This document shows positions 45,936 to 56,560 of a DNA stretch of 64,000 nucleotides, one piece after another; position 1 is the first letter of the stretch; each line of letters starts with the position of its first letter. The notes under the pieces are model-generated. The model made no database searches, was not told the DNA's origin, and saw only the letters and a program-made list of their open reading frames with translations. Position numbers and translations under genes: made by a program. This stretch comes from Rebecca billardiae RCC1528 (taxonomy: Eukaryota; Protista; Haptophyta): positions 1,116,001 to 1,180,000 of the forward strand of contig OZ251236.1 of NCBI GenBank assembly GCA_965240325.2. The letters run 5' to 3'.

Positions 45936-48900
45936 ATGGGCTGCGCGCCGAGCTCCGAGGGCGCCAAGCCCGCGTCCTCGGCGGGTATGGACGTCCCCGC
46001 GACTGGGACGGCCTCAGCCGGCTCTGCGACCGACGGTGTCCGCGCGGCTGAGCTCGCAGGTGCTGGCGCGAGCGACGCGAATGAGGCTACCGCTGGGGCC
46101 TCCACCGCTGCGGACGCAGCGGACGCAGCGGAGAGTGGGGGTGCTGCGACCGACGGTGTCCGCGCGGCTGAGCTCGCAGGTGCCGGCGCGAGCGATATGA
46201 ATGAGGCTGCCGCCGGGGCCTCCACCGCTGCGGACGTAGCGGACGCGGCGGACGCGGCGGACGCGGCGGACGCGGCGGACGCGGCGGACGCGGCGGACGC
46301 GGCGGACGCGGCCGCGGTCGTCGCGGCGGTGGGCCTCGTCTGCGTCGGCGAGCTCGGCGCGCTCTTCGAGGCCGAGCTGCCGTCCGTCTCTGGGCGCGGC
46401 CTCAAGGTCTTCGCCTCGTCCACCTTCACCGACACGCAGGCGGAGCGCGACGCGCTCGCGCGCGACGTCGTGCCGGCGCTGCGCGAGCGAGCGCGCGCGC
46501 TCGGGCTCGGCTTCGAGCTCGCCGAGATGCGCTGGGGCGTGACCGGCGCGTTCGCGCGGGACAACCGGACCGAGGAGCTCTGCCTGCGCCGGCTCGCCGA
46601 GTGCGCCGCCGAGTCGGCCGGCCTCTTCTTCCTCAGCCTCTGGGCGGGTAAATATGGGTACCGGCCGCTGCCGCGCGCGCTGCCCGCGCCGCGCGCCGAG
46701 GCGCTGCGCGCGCGGCTCCCGGCCGAGGCCGCGGCGCTCTTCGACCGGTGCTACGCGCTCGACGGTAACGCGGTGCCGCCCGCGTGGGTGCGCGTGCCCG
46801 GCTCGGCCGGCGAGCAGCCGCTGCGCGAGGCGCTCGCCGCGGCGGCCGCGGCGCTCGCGTGGCCGCCTGACGAGACGCACGCTGCGTTCGTGCGCTCGGT
46901 GACCGAGGCGGAGACCGAGGTCGCGCTCGCGCTCGCCGAGGCGCGCGGCGCGGGCGCGGGCGCGCAGCCGCGCGTCGTCTGGTTCCACCGCGCGCTCGAG
47001 CCCGAGCCCGAGCCCTCGGCGCCCGACGCGCACCTCTGGCGCGACGTCGCGCGCGACGGCGCGCCGGACGGCGAAGGGCCGCCGCGCGCGGACGCGGAGG
47101 CGCGCGCGCTGCTCGGCGCGTACCTCGGGCCGGGCGGGCGGCTGCGCGCGCGGCTGCGCGCGATGGGCCGCGGCGCGCGCGTGGACGAGGCGCGCGCGCG
47201 GCCCGGCTTCGGCGCGCACTCGCCGCACCTCGCGCAGCTGTGCGCGCGCGTGCGCGAGCTGTGCGGCGCGCAGCTCGAGGCGGAGGCGCGGCGCGGCGCG
47301 GCGCGGCGCGGCGCGTTGGGCGCGCGCCTCGGCCTCGGCGCGGCGGACGCGGAGGAGGCGCTGGCGCACGCGCGCTGGGCGCGCGCCAAGGCGGGCGGCT
47401 TCTACGGCCGCGCGGACGCGGTGGCCGCGCTCGTCGCGCAGGTGCGCGCGCAGCCGCTCTCCGCCGTCGTCGGCGGCAGTGGCTGCGGCAAGACTGCGCT
47501 CGCGGCGCGCGCGGCGCGCGCGCTCGCTGAGGAGGGCTGGGCGGTGCTGCCGCGCTTCGTCGGCGTGAGCGCGCGCTCGGCGCGCGCGGATGACATCGTC
47601 GGCTCGCTGTGCGCGCAGTGGCGCGCGGGCGTCGCCGCGGCCGAGGGCGGCGCGGGCGCGGCCGCCGGCGGTGCGGTGGGCAGTCTGCTTGAGCTCTCGC
47701 GCGCCGCGGCCGCGGGCGCGCGCTTGCCGCTCCTCGTGCTGATCGACTCGCTCGACCAGCTGGCGGGCCCGGCGGAGGACCGCACGCGGCTCGCCTGGCT
47801 GCCCACCGCCGCCGAGCTCGGCGAGCTCGGCGCCGACTGCCCCGTCCGCTTCCTCGTCACCTGCCTGCCCGACAGCGACGAGGGCGAGCCCGGCGCTGCC
47901 GCTGGTGCTGCCTCGGGCGGTGATGCAGGCGCTGCCTCCGGCGCTGCCTCTGGCGCTGCCTCGGGCGCCGCCTCGGGCGGTGACGCTGGCGGTGACGCTG
48001 GCGGTGACGCTGGCGGCTACCGTTACGGGTGCGCGACGCGGCTCGCGCAGCTGGGCGTGCCCGCGCTGCAGCTCGGCGGGCTCTCGGCGGCGGACGCGGA
48101 GGCGGTGGTGCGCGGCCGGCTCGGCGCGGCGGGGCGCACGCTTGACGCTCGGCAGGCCGCGGCGGTGCGCTCGGCACTCGGAGAGGCGCCAAGCGCGCTG
48201 CACGCCGTGCTGCTCGCCGACGCGGCGGCGGAGTGGCGCTCGGGCGAGCCGCCGCCCGCGCACCTGCCCGCCGACGCGCGCGCCGCCGTCGCCGCCACCT
48301 TCGAGCGCGTCGAGCGGCTGCACGGCGCGACGCTCGTGCGGCGCGCGTGCGGCGCCATCTGCGCGTCGCGCCGCGGCCTCTCGAGCGCCGAGCTGGAGGA
48401 CTCGCTCTCGCTGCACGAGGACGTGCTGGCGTCCGTGTTCGAGTTCTGGGTGCCGGCGGTGGTGCGGCTGCCCGCGGGCGTGTGGCTCGCCGTGCGCGAC
48501 GCGCTCGGCTCGCTGCTCGCCGGCGGCGACGGCCCTTTGCGCTGGTACCACCGTCAGGTCGCCGAGGCGGCGGCGGCACGGTACGCCCGCGCGGCCGACG
48601 CGCACGCGCTCGCGGATTTCTGGGCTGGCACGTGGGCGGGCGAGGCGGCCAAGCCGCTGCGCCACCCGAAGGCCACCGGCGGCGAGGACGGGCGGCGGCG
48701 CGTCGCGCCGCAGCCGCTGCTCCTCTCCGCCGCGCGCCTCGGCCTCGCCGGCCGCGACGCCGCCGTGGTCAATGTGCGCAAGTGCGAGGAGCTAGCGCGC
48801 GCGCTGCTCGCGGCCGGGCGCGCGGCCGACGCGGCGCGCGAGCTCACCGACGCAGGCGCGGACGGGTGGGAGGCACGCGCGCGGCACGGCCTCGAGACCG

Positions 48901-51251
48901 AGTACGTGCGCGACCTCGCGGACACGGCCGCGGCGCTCGCCGACGCCGACGCGCGCGGCGGCGGCGGCGGCGAGCCGGGCGCGGCCGCGCGCGCGGAGGC
49001 TGCGGCGCTGCGCGCGCGCGTCGCGGACTGGCTGCAGCTCGCGCGGCTGAGCGCCTCCGCCGCCGCCGCGGCGCCGGGCCGCTGCCTCGCGCTGTGCCTC
49101 GAGCAGCCGGTCGGCTCGGCGCCGCACGAGTCCGCGTGGGCGCGGCGCGCGGCGCGCGCCGCGCACCCGGCCGCCCGCGCCAGCTGGGCGCGCGGGCGCG
49201 AGCACTGCGCGCGCGCGCCCCTGCTCGCCGCGCGCGGGCCGTGCGAGGCTGTGCTGCTAGCGCACGCCGGCTGGGTGGAGGCGGTCGCGCTCTCGGCCGA
49301 CGGGCGCGTCGCGGCGAGCGCGGGCGACGACAGCGACGCGGTCGTGCGGCTGTGGGCGTGGGACACCGCCGAGTGCGTGCGCGCGCTCGAGGGGCACGCC
49401 GGCTGCGTGAACGGCGTCGCGCTCGACGCGGCGGGCGGCCGGCTAGCCAGCGTCTCCGACGACAAAACGCTTCGCGTGTGGTCGACCGCCACGGGCCGGT
49501 GCGAGGCTGTGCTCAAGGGGCACGAGGACTACGTGCGCGCCGTCTGCCTCTCGGCGGGCGGCGAGCGCTGCGCGACCGGCGGCGACGACGCGGCGCTCTG
49601 CCTGTGGGACCTCGCGCCTGGCGCGGCCGCCGAGCCGCGGCGCGTCGACGGCGCGCACGAGGATGGTAGCGTGATCACGGGCGTCTGCTGCTCGGCCGAC
49701 GGCGCCCGCGTCGTGAGCGCGGCCGACGACGGCCTCGCGCACGTGTGGGCGTGGGCGAGCGGCAGCAGGACGGCCACGCTGCGCATCGGCGCCGCGCGCT
49801 ACGACGAGGCGCACGCGGCGATCACGGCGGACGGCGGGCGCGTGCTCATCGGCGCGGGCGCGCTGCTCCGCGCGTGGGACGAGCCGTTCGAGCGAGTGGC
49901 GTGCGAGGCGCGCGGCGCGGCGCTGTGCGGCGAGAGCGTCTGCTCCGTCGCGCTCGAGGCGGGGGGCGCGCGCGCGGTCTCGGGCGACGAGAAGGGTGCG
50001 GTGCGCGTGTGGGCGCTCGAAGCGGGCGCCGCGAGCTGCCTCGCCGTGCTCGGCGGGCACAGCCGCATCGTGAAGGGCCTCGCGCTCGGCGCGCGCGGGA
50101 GCCGGTGCGCGAGCGCGGGGCACGACGGCCAGGTCCGCCTCTGGGACCTCGGCGCCGAGGGCGGCGGCGCGCTGCGGCCCGAGCGCCGGCTCGCCGGGCA
50201 CGAGGGCAGCGTGACGCAGGCCGCGCCCGGCGCGGCCGGCGGCGACGTGGCCTTCAGCGCGGGCGCGGACGGCCGCGTGCGCGCGTGGGCGCTCAGCGCC
50301 GCCGAGTGCACTGGACTGTTCGGCGCGGGCTCTGAGCACGAGGGCGCCGGCGGGCGCGTGCGCGCGCTCGCGGCGAGCGCCGACGGCTCGCGCGTGGCGA
50401 GTGCGGGCGACGACGGCACCGTGCGGCTGTGGCGCACGGCGGCCGCGCCCGCGCCGATCGGCGGCGCCGAGCCGGCCGCGGCGGCGTGCGCGAGCGTGCT
50501 GCTCCGGCCTGCCGAGGGCGCGGCGGTGACGGCTCTCGCCGTGGGCGGGCGGTGGGTGGCGTGGGGCGCGGGCAGCGCCGTCCGCGTGATGCCGTGGCGC
50601 GACGACGGCGGCCGCGCCGGGCCCGCCGCCGGCCACGCCGAGCTGACCGGCCACCGCAAGGAGGTCTACTCGCTCTGCTGCGCCGCGGAGGCGGCGGCCG
50701 ACGGCGGCGCCGAGCGGCTCGTCTCAGGTGGCGACGACCGCGAGATCCGTGTGTGGGACGTGAGCGCCGCCGCGCTCAGCGCGGCCGGCGCCGACGGCGG
50801 CGCGCCGTGCCTGCGCGTGCTGCGGGGCCACGCGAGCTTCAGCATCGTCGTCACGCCGTGCGGCCCCGGACGCGTCGCGAGCGTCGCGGCCGACAGCACC
50901 GTGCGCGTGTGGAGCCTCGCGAGCGGCGCGTGCGAGGCCTCGGCCAAGACGGGCGACTACAGCGCGCGCGCCGTCGCCGCGTCCGCCGACGGCGCGCTCG
51001 TCGCGACCAACGGCGGCTCGGGGCTCGGCGAGATCCTCGTCTGGGGCGCCACGAGCGGCGGGGGCGCGCTCACGCGGCTCCGCACGCTCGTCGGGCACGC
51101 GCGCCAGGCGCACGGGCTCGCGTGGCTGAGGTGGGGCTCGGCCGACCACCTCGTGTCGACGGGCGCAGACGGGACGGTGCGCTTCTGGTCCGTCGAGGCC
51201 GAGCCCGACCTCGACGACGACGACGATGATGATGATGCCACTACCGCGTGA
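45936..51251 (+). CDS. NWD-type STAND protein: DUF4062-like, NACHT/AAA NTPase, WD40 repeats
   Basis: KVFASSTFTDTQAERDAL...EMRWGV; Walker A GGSGCGKT; Walker B LVLIDSLDQL; more than 10 GH...WD/WS repeats. The start MGCAPS fits myristoylation/palmitoylation. Intronless. Confidence 0.9.
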   Translation: MGCAPSSEGAKPASSAGMDVPATGTASAGSATDGVRAAELAGAGASDANEATAGASTAADAADAAESGGAATDGVRAAELAGAGASDMNEAAAGASTAADVADAADAADAADAADAADAADAADAAAVVAAVGLVCVGELGALFEAELPSVSGRGLKVFASSTFTDTQAERDALARDVVPALRERARALGLGFELAEMRWGVTGAFARDNRTEELCLRRLAECAAESAGLFFLSLWAGKYGYRPLPRALPAPRAEALRARLPAEAAALFDRCYALDGNAVPPAWVRVPGSAGEQPLREALAAAAAALAWPPDETHAAFVRSVTEAETEVALALAEARGAGAGAQPRVVWFHRALEPEPEPSAPDAHLWRDVARDGAPDGEGPPRADAEARALLGAYLGPGGRLRARLRAMGRGARVDEARARPGFGAHSPHLAQLCARVRELCGAQLEAEARRGAARRGALGARLGLGAADAEEALAHARWARAKAGGFYGRADAVAALVAQVRAQPLSAVVGGSGCGKTALAARAARALAEEGWAVLPRFVGVSARSARADDIVGSLCAQWRAGVAAAEGGAGAAAGGAVGSLLELSRAAAAGARLPLLVLIDSLDQLAGPAEDRTRLAWLPTAAELGELGADCPVRFLVTCLPDSDEGEPGAAAGAASGGDAGAASGAASGAASGAASGGDAGGDAGGDAGGYRYGCATRLAQLGVPALQLGGLSAADAEAVVRGRLGAAGRTLDARQAAAVRSALGEAPSALHAVLLADAAAEWRSGEPPPAHLPADARAAVAATFERVERLHGATLVRRACGAICASRRGLSSAELEDSLSLHEDVLASVFEFWVPAVVRLPAGVWLAVRDALGSLLAGGDGPLRWYHRQVAEAAAARYARAADAHALADFWAGTWAGEAAKPLRHPKATGGEDGRRRVAPQPLLLSAARLGLAGRDAAVVNVRKCEELARALLAAGRAADAARELTDAGADGWEARARHGLETEYVRDLADTAAALADADARGGGGGEPGAAARAEAAALRARVADWLQLARLSASAAAAAPGRCLALCLEQPVGSAPHESAWARRAARAAHPAARASWARGREHCARAPLLAARGPCEAVLLAHAGWVEAVALSADGRVAASAGDDSDAVVRLWAWDTAECVRALEGHAGCVNGVALDAAGGRLASVSDDKTLRVWSTATGRCEAVLKGHEDYVRAVCLSAGGERCATGGDDAALCLWDLAPGAAAEPRRVDGAHEDGSVITGVCCSADGARVVSAADDGLAHVWAWASGSRTATLRIGAARYDEAHAAITADGGRVLIGAGALLRAWDEPFERVACEARGAALCGESVCSVALEAGGARAVSGDEKGAVRVWALEAGAASCLAVLGGHSRIVKGLALGARGSRCASAGHDGQVRLWDLGAEGGGALRPERRLAGHEGSVTQAAPGAAGGDVAFSAGADGRVRAWALSAAECTGLFGAGSEHEGAGGRVRALAASADGSRVASAGDDGTVRLWRTAAAPAPIGGAEPAAAACASVLLRPAEGAAVTALAVGGRWVAWGAGSAVRVMPWRDDGGRAGPAAGHAELTGHRKEVYSLCCAAEAAADGGAERLVSGGDDREIRVWDVSAAALSAAGADGGAPCLRVLRGHASFSIVVTPCGPGRVASVAADSTVRVWSLASGACEASAKTGDYSARAVAASADGALVATNGGSGLGEILVWGATSGGGALTRLRTLVGHARQAHGLAWLRWGSADHLVSTGADGTVRFWSVEAEPDLDDDDDDDDATTA

Positions 51252-51637
51252 ATCGGTGATGACTACGATACTGTATGGCGTCGGCGTGCGCGCGAATAAC
51301 CGCGATATATATATTGCTCAGTCGTCCGTTCACTTAAATATGGGGCACGACATAATCGCGAGCCCCGCTCGCATTGGTTGTTCTGTAAGAACAAGCATGC
51401 GAGCGGAGCGAGTTTTCCGGTAGGACACGCGAAGTCCGGTGATTCTTACAAGGTTGATGGCCTTCCAATAGGTATCCCGAGGAATACAGTTTAGTCAGAT
51501 CCCAATTGGGGCCAACGGTTTTTCGTGCAATCTGTCAGTCAACTCCCCCAGCTACGTCCCCGGGAACAGCAAGAGATGTAGTGATGATGATGATTCTAAG
51601 GTCGGATCAAGGGTCCGGAGTGTCGGATCCCTCCTCG

Positions 51638-52729
51638 CAAGGGCTGCGAACTCTGCCGCGCCGGTGAGAGGAGGTTGGGTATCGATCTCCTGGGGCGCCG
51701 CCCTGGAGGGCGCGTGGGGTGCGCACGCCGCGTGCTCCTGCGCCCGCGGCAGCGGGCGCGGACACGGCGCGCGTGGTTGGTCGCATGCTAGACAGCACGT
51801 AGTGCCCTCCCACGCCGCGCGCCGCGCTCGCCGGCGCCCTCGCCGTGCCTCAGGCCAGCCCGCGCCCGCGCGCCGCACCAAGAGCCAGCCGTGGCCACGC
51901 GCCAGCCGCCAGCGCGCGCGCGGTGCGCGGTGCGGTCGGCGCGGGGCGGGCGCGCGCCCGGGGCGAGGCTCGTGTACGATCGGCGCGCGCCATGCCGCCA
52001 CGCGCCGCCACGCTGGCGCCCGCATGGGTCGGCGCACGCGTTTTCATGCTGTCGAGTGTGCATTGGCCAAGTTTGAAAATGCTCATGTTGAGACGATCAC
52101 GGGAAGGCAGCGAAGCGCGATAGACATGCGCAGACCACTGATGTGTGAACGATTGGCATCCTATGATGGCGCAAGAGTCCCCAAGTCGTCGCATTCCTCG
52201 CACTGACGCGCTCACAGCCGCTTGTCCAAGCTCATTTCTGATGGCTGAGGAATGCTCGACGAGCACCCATCAGCAGCCGCGTGGAACGTGATCAAGCTCG
52301 TGTTCGGCGACGCGTGGCGGCATGGCGCGCGCCGATCGTACACGAGCCTCGCCCCGGGCGCGCGCCCGCCCCGCGCCGACCGCACCGCACACCGCGCGCG
52401 CGCCGGCGGCTGGCGCGTGGCTACAACTGGATCTTGGTGCGGCGCGCGGGCGCGGGCTGGCCTGAGGCACGGCGAGGGCGCCGGCGAGCGCGGCGCGCGG
52501 CGTGGGGGGGTACTACGTGCTGTCTAGCATGCGACCAACCACGCGCGCCGTGTCCGCGCCCGCTGCCGCGGGCGCAGGAGCACGCGGCGTGCGCACCCCA
52601 CGCGCCCTCCAGGGCGGCGCCCCAGGAGACATAGCCGCTGCGCCGCGAGGGCGCACGAGTTGATCGATACCCAACCTCCTCTCACTCTCAACTCGCGGCA
52701 CTGGGAGTTAGCAGCCCTGACCGCCCTTG
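51638..52729. mobile_element. Older P/Galileo-like foldback element (~370-bp TIRs)
   Basis: Ends CAAGGG...CCCTTG; arms ~51638-52012 and ~52311-52729. Flanks CTCCTCG and CTCCACC (5/7 match, degenerate TSD). Confidence 0.6.
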
Positions 52730-52747
52730 CTCCACCGGCTCGTTCCT

Positions 52748-53400
52748 CACGGTTCGGCAAGAGAGCAAGGACCCGTGAAGGTGCTTATCATACATCAGTT
52801 GCTCGCTCCCTTCATGAGATCGGTGCGCAGTGATCGGTGAAGGAGTGAGGACTGATGATGTATGAGCTGAGGAAGCCGGACAAACACCAAGCAAGCAGTG
52901 CCGGACCGCCACGGTTCGGCAAGAGAGCAGGACCCGTGAAGGTGCTTACATCAGTTGCTCGCTCCCTTCATGAGATCGGTGCGCAGTGATCGCGGTGAAG
53001 GAGTGAGGACTGATGATGTATGAGCTGAGGAAGCCGGACAAACACCAAGCAAGCAGTGCCGGACCGCCACGGTTCACGGCAAGAGAGCAAGGACCCGTGA
53101 AGGTGCTTACACCCGTGAAGGTGCTTACATCAGTTGCTCGCTGCCTTCATGAGATCGGTGCGCAGTGATCGGTGAAGGAGTGAGGACTGATGATGTATGA
53201 GCTGAGGAAGCCGGACAAACACCAAGCAAGCAGTGCCGGACCGCCACGGTTCGGCAAGAGAGCAGGACCCGTGAAGGTGCTTACATCAGTTGCTCGCTCC
53301 CTTCATGAGATCGGTGCGCAGTGATCGGTGAAGGAGTGAGGACTGATGATGTATGAGCTGAGGAAGCCGGACAAACACCAAGCAAGCAGTGCCGGACCGC
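52748..53400 (+). repeat. Four tandem copies of a ~160-bp unit
   Basis: Units start at ~52748, 52910, 53068 and 53245. A further copy is split across ~54813-54919 and 61907-61958. Confidence 0.9.
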
Positions 53401-53854
53401 CCCGGCCGGCGGTGCGGAAGCACTGCGCAGGCGGGTCTACCGGATGCTTCGTGGCGCCCTCGCCAAGGCGCGCGCTTCTTGCGGCCGCAGATCTCCCAGT
53501 GGATGCGGCGCGTGGTCGGTGCCAAGGCGCATGCGGAATAGTGTGCGCCCCTCGTACCTGAACCTCACCCCGGCTGCTCGCCGGACCCAGCGCCATGACC
53601 GCTGCGCGCACCGCGTGCGCGTGCGGCTCGCCGAGTCTGCGGACGCTTCGTGGCAAACCGCGGGCGGTCAGAAGGATGCAGCAGCTTCGGGAGGTGCCGC
53701 ATCGGAGTGCCTGCTGCTTCGAGCTGCTGGTTCTTGCTTCTCCCACCACCTGCGAGCACTCCCACCACCTGCGCGCTTGCTTCTCCCACCACTCCTGCGC
53801 GCTTGCGTCTGCTTGCTTGGCCGTCCCGCCACCTGCGCGCTTGTTTCTTGCGTG

Positions 53855-54725
53855 CAGCAGTACCATACCATGCACGCAGCAGTACCATACCATGCGCACA
53901 GCAGTGCCATACCATGCGCGCAGCAGTACCGCCAGTACCATACCATCATGCGTGCAGCAGTATCATACCATGCCGCGCGGCACGGTACCATACCATGCGC
54001 GCAGCAGCAGTACATACCACCATGTGTGCAGCAGTACCATACCGCCATCATGCGCACAGCAGTACCATACCATGCGCGCAGCAGTACCATACCATCATGT
54101 GCGCAGCAGTACCTACCATGCATGCAGCAGTACCATACCATGCGCGCAGCAGTAGGCCATAACATACCATGCAGTACCATATACCATGCACACCGAGCGA
54201 GCAGTACCACACTACAGTGCGCGCAGCAGTACCATACCATGCGCGCCGCAGTACCATACCATGCGAGCAGCAGTACCATACCATCATGCGTGCAGCAGTA
54301 CCATACTACCATGCTTGCAGCAGTACCATACCATGTGCACAGCGGTGCCATACCATGCCATGTGAGTGCCATGGATACCATGCGCCCAGCAGTACCATAG
54401 TCCATACCATGTGTGCCGGCAGTACCATATGGCACTACTGCACGCATGGTAGGGATGGTACTGCTGCACGCACGGTATGGTACTGCGCTGCAAGCATGGT
54501 CGTATGGTACTGCTGCGTGCATGATGGTATGGTACTGCTGCGCGCATGGTATGGTACTGCTGCGCACATGGTATGGTACTGCTGTGCGCATGGTAGTATG
54601 GTACTGCTGCACGCATGATGGCCGTACTGCTGCGCGCATGATGGTATGGTACTCAGCTGCGAGCATGGTATGGTACTGCTGCGCGCATGCGGTATGGCAA
54701 TGGTACTGCTGTGTGCATGGTACAC
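53855..54725. repeat. GCAGCAGTACCATACCATGC-type minisatellite that inverts orientation at ~54430
   Basis: Forward units 53855-54430 and reverse-complement units 54435-54725. The same satellite is at 62470-62790. Confidence 0.9.
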
Positions 54726-54941
54726 CGTACAGTATGAAGCTGCGGAGAGAGCAAGGACCTGTGAAGGTTCCTCAGTTCAGCTTCCTCTCGGTTGCTTCCG
54801 GTTCCTCACTGTTTCAAGAGAGCAAGGACCTGTGAAGGTGCTTCAGCTTCCTCCGTTGCTCGCTCCCTTCATGAGATCGGTGCGCAGTGATCGGTGAAGG
54901 AGTGAGGACTGATGATGTACAGAAGAGTCACTACAAAAAGT

Positions 54942-56560
54942 CTCCGCCAGCGGAGCATCCGGGCAAGGGGCCCAGACCCTCCGCCGGCGGAGATTTTTGT
55001 GGCCACGAAAAATCCCCGCTGGCGGAGCATGGAATGCTCCGCTGGCGGAGCCTGGGCTTGCAGGAATGACACAACAAACGTACTAGTTATGGTATCAGAA
55101 GTCTGTCAACCACCGAACAGCAGTCACCTCCGCTGGCGGAGCTCGCTAATGAGCCATGCCTTTTGTAAACTAATGCACTCGGCACTTGAACTGAGCTCCG
55201 CTGGCGGAGCTTCGGGGGCGCCGAATGCCATTCTTGATGACCCACCTGACTTGAACTGAGCTCCGCTGGCGGAGCGTCGGTGGTCAGCGCCGTGTGTCAT
55301 ATCGGAGAAATAATGCTAAGCCTTTCAACGCATTCATACTCTGCTGTGCCACACATTCAACCTCCGCTGGCGGAGCTCACTGGCCTATTCGACTTGAACT
55401 GAGCTCCACTGGTGGAGCCTCGGCTGCGCCGAATGTCCTTAATCGATGACCCACTCTCGACTTGAGCTGAGCTCCCCTGGCGGAGCTTTGGTGGTGCCGC
55501 ATGTCATATTGGAGTAACGCGGAAGCGTCAACCGTAGTCATATCTATATTGAGACTCAACCTCCGCTGGCGGAGCTCGCGGACCTACTAGTATTCAACTT
55601 TAACTGAGCTCCGCTGGCGGAGCCTCGGCTGTGTCGAATGTCCTTATCGATGGCCGACGTCTTGACTTGAGCTGAGCTCCGCTGGCGGAGCTTTGGTGGC
55701 GCCGCATGCCATTTATGGGAATAATGTGAAGCCGTTAACCATAATCATATCCATATTGACACTCAACCTCCGCTGGCGGAGCTCACGGACCTATTCGACT
55801 TGAGCTGAGCTCCACTGGCGGAGCTTTGGTGGCGCCGCATATCATATTGGAGTAATGCGAAGCCGTCAACCGTAATCATACGTATCCATATTGATACTCA
55901 ACCTCCGCTGGCGGAGCTCACTGGCCTATTCGACTTGAACTGAGCTCCGCTGGCGGAGCCTCGGCTCCGCCGAATGTCCTTATCGATGGCCCACGTCTTG
56001 ACTTGAGCTGAGCTCCGCTGGCGGAGCTTTGGTGGCGCCGCATGTCATATTGGAGTAATGCAAAGCCATTAACTACCGTAATCATATCCATATTGACACT
56101 CAACCTCCGCTGGCGGAGCTCGCGGGCCTATTCAACTTGAACTGAGCTCCGCTGGCGGAGCCTCGGCTGCGCCGAATGTCCTTATCGATGGCCCACTTGA
56201 CTTGAGCTGAGCTCCGCTGGCGGAGCTTTGGTGGCGCCGCATGTCATATTGGAGTAATGCAAAGCCGTTAACTACCGTAATCATATCCATATTGACACTC
56301 AACCTCCGCTGGCGGAGCTCGCGGGCCTATTCAACTTGAACTGAGCTCCGCTGGCGGAGCCTCGGCTGCGCCGAATGTCCTTATCGATGGCCCACGACTT
56401 GACTTGAGCTGAGCTCCGCTGGCGGAGCTTTGGTGGCGCCGAATGTCATATTGGAGTAATGCGATGTCGTTAACCGTAATACTATCCATATTGACACTCA
56501 ACCTCCGCTGGCGGAGCTCACGGGCCTATTCAACTTGAACTGAGCTCCGCTGGCGGAGCC
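54942..56560. repeat. Array of ~25 CTCCGCTGGCGGAG near-palindromes in ~200-bp three-module higher-order units (left arm)
   Basis: Unit starts at 55358, 55557, 55764, 55899, 56101, 56300, 56499. Confidence 0.9.

Noticed and set aside
52850-52880. Hammerhead ribozyme or C/D snoRNA in the 160-bp repeat (CTGATGA, CTGA)
   Set aside because: No stem II followed by GAAA, and no terminal stem or recognisable guide.
53303-54835. CAQQYHTM / MVWYCC repeat proteins
   Set aside because: Translations of a minisatellite that is open in several frames on both strands.
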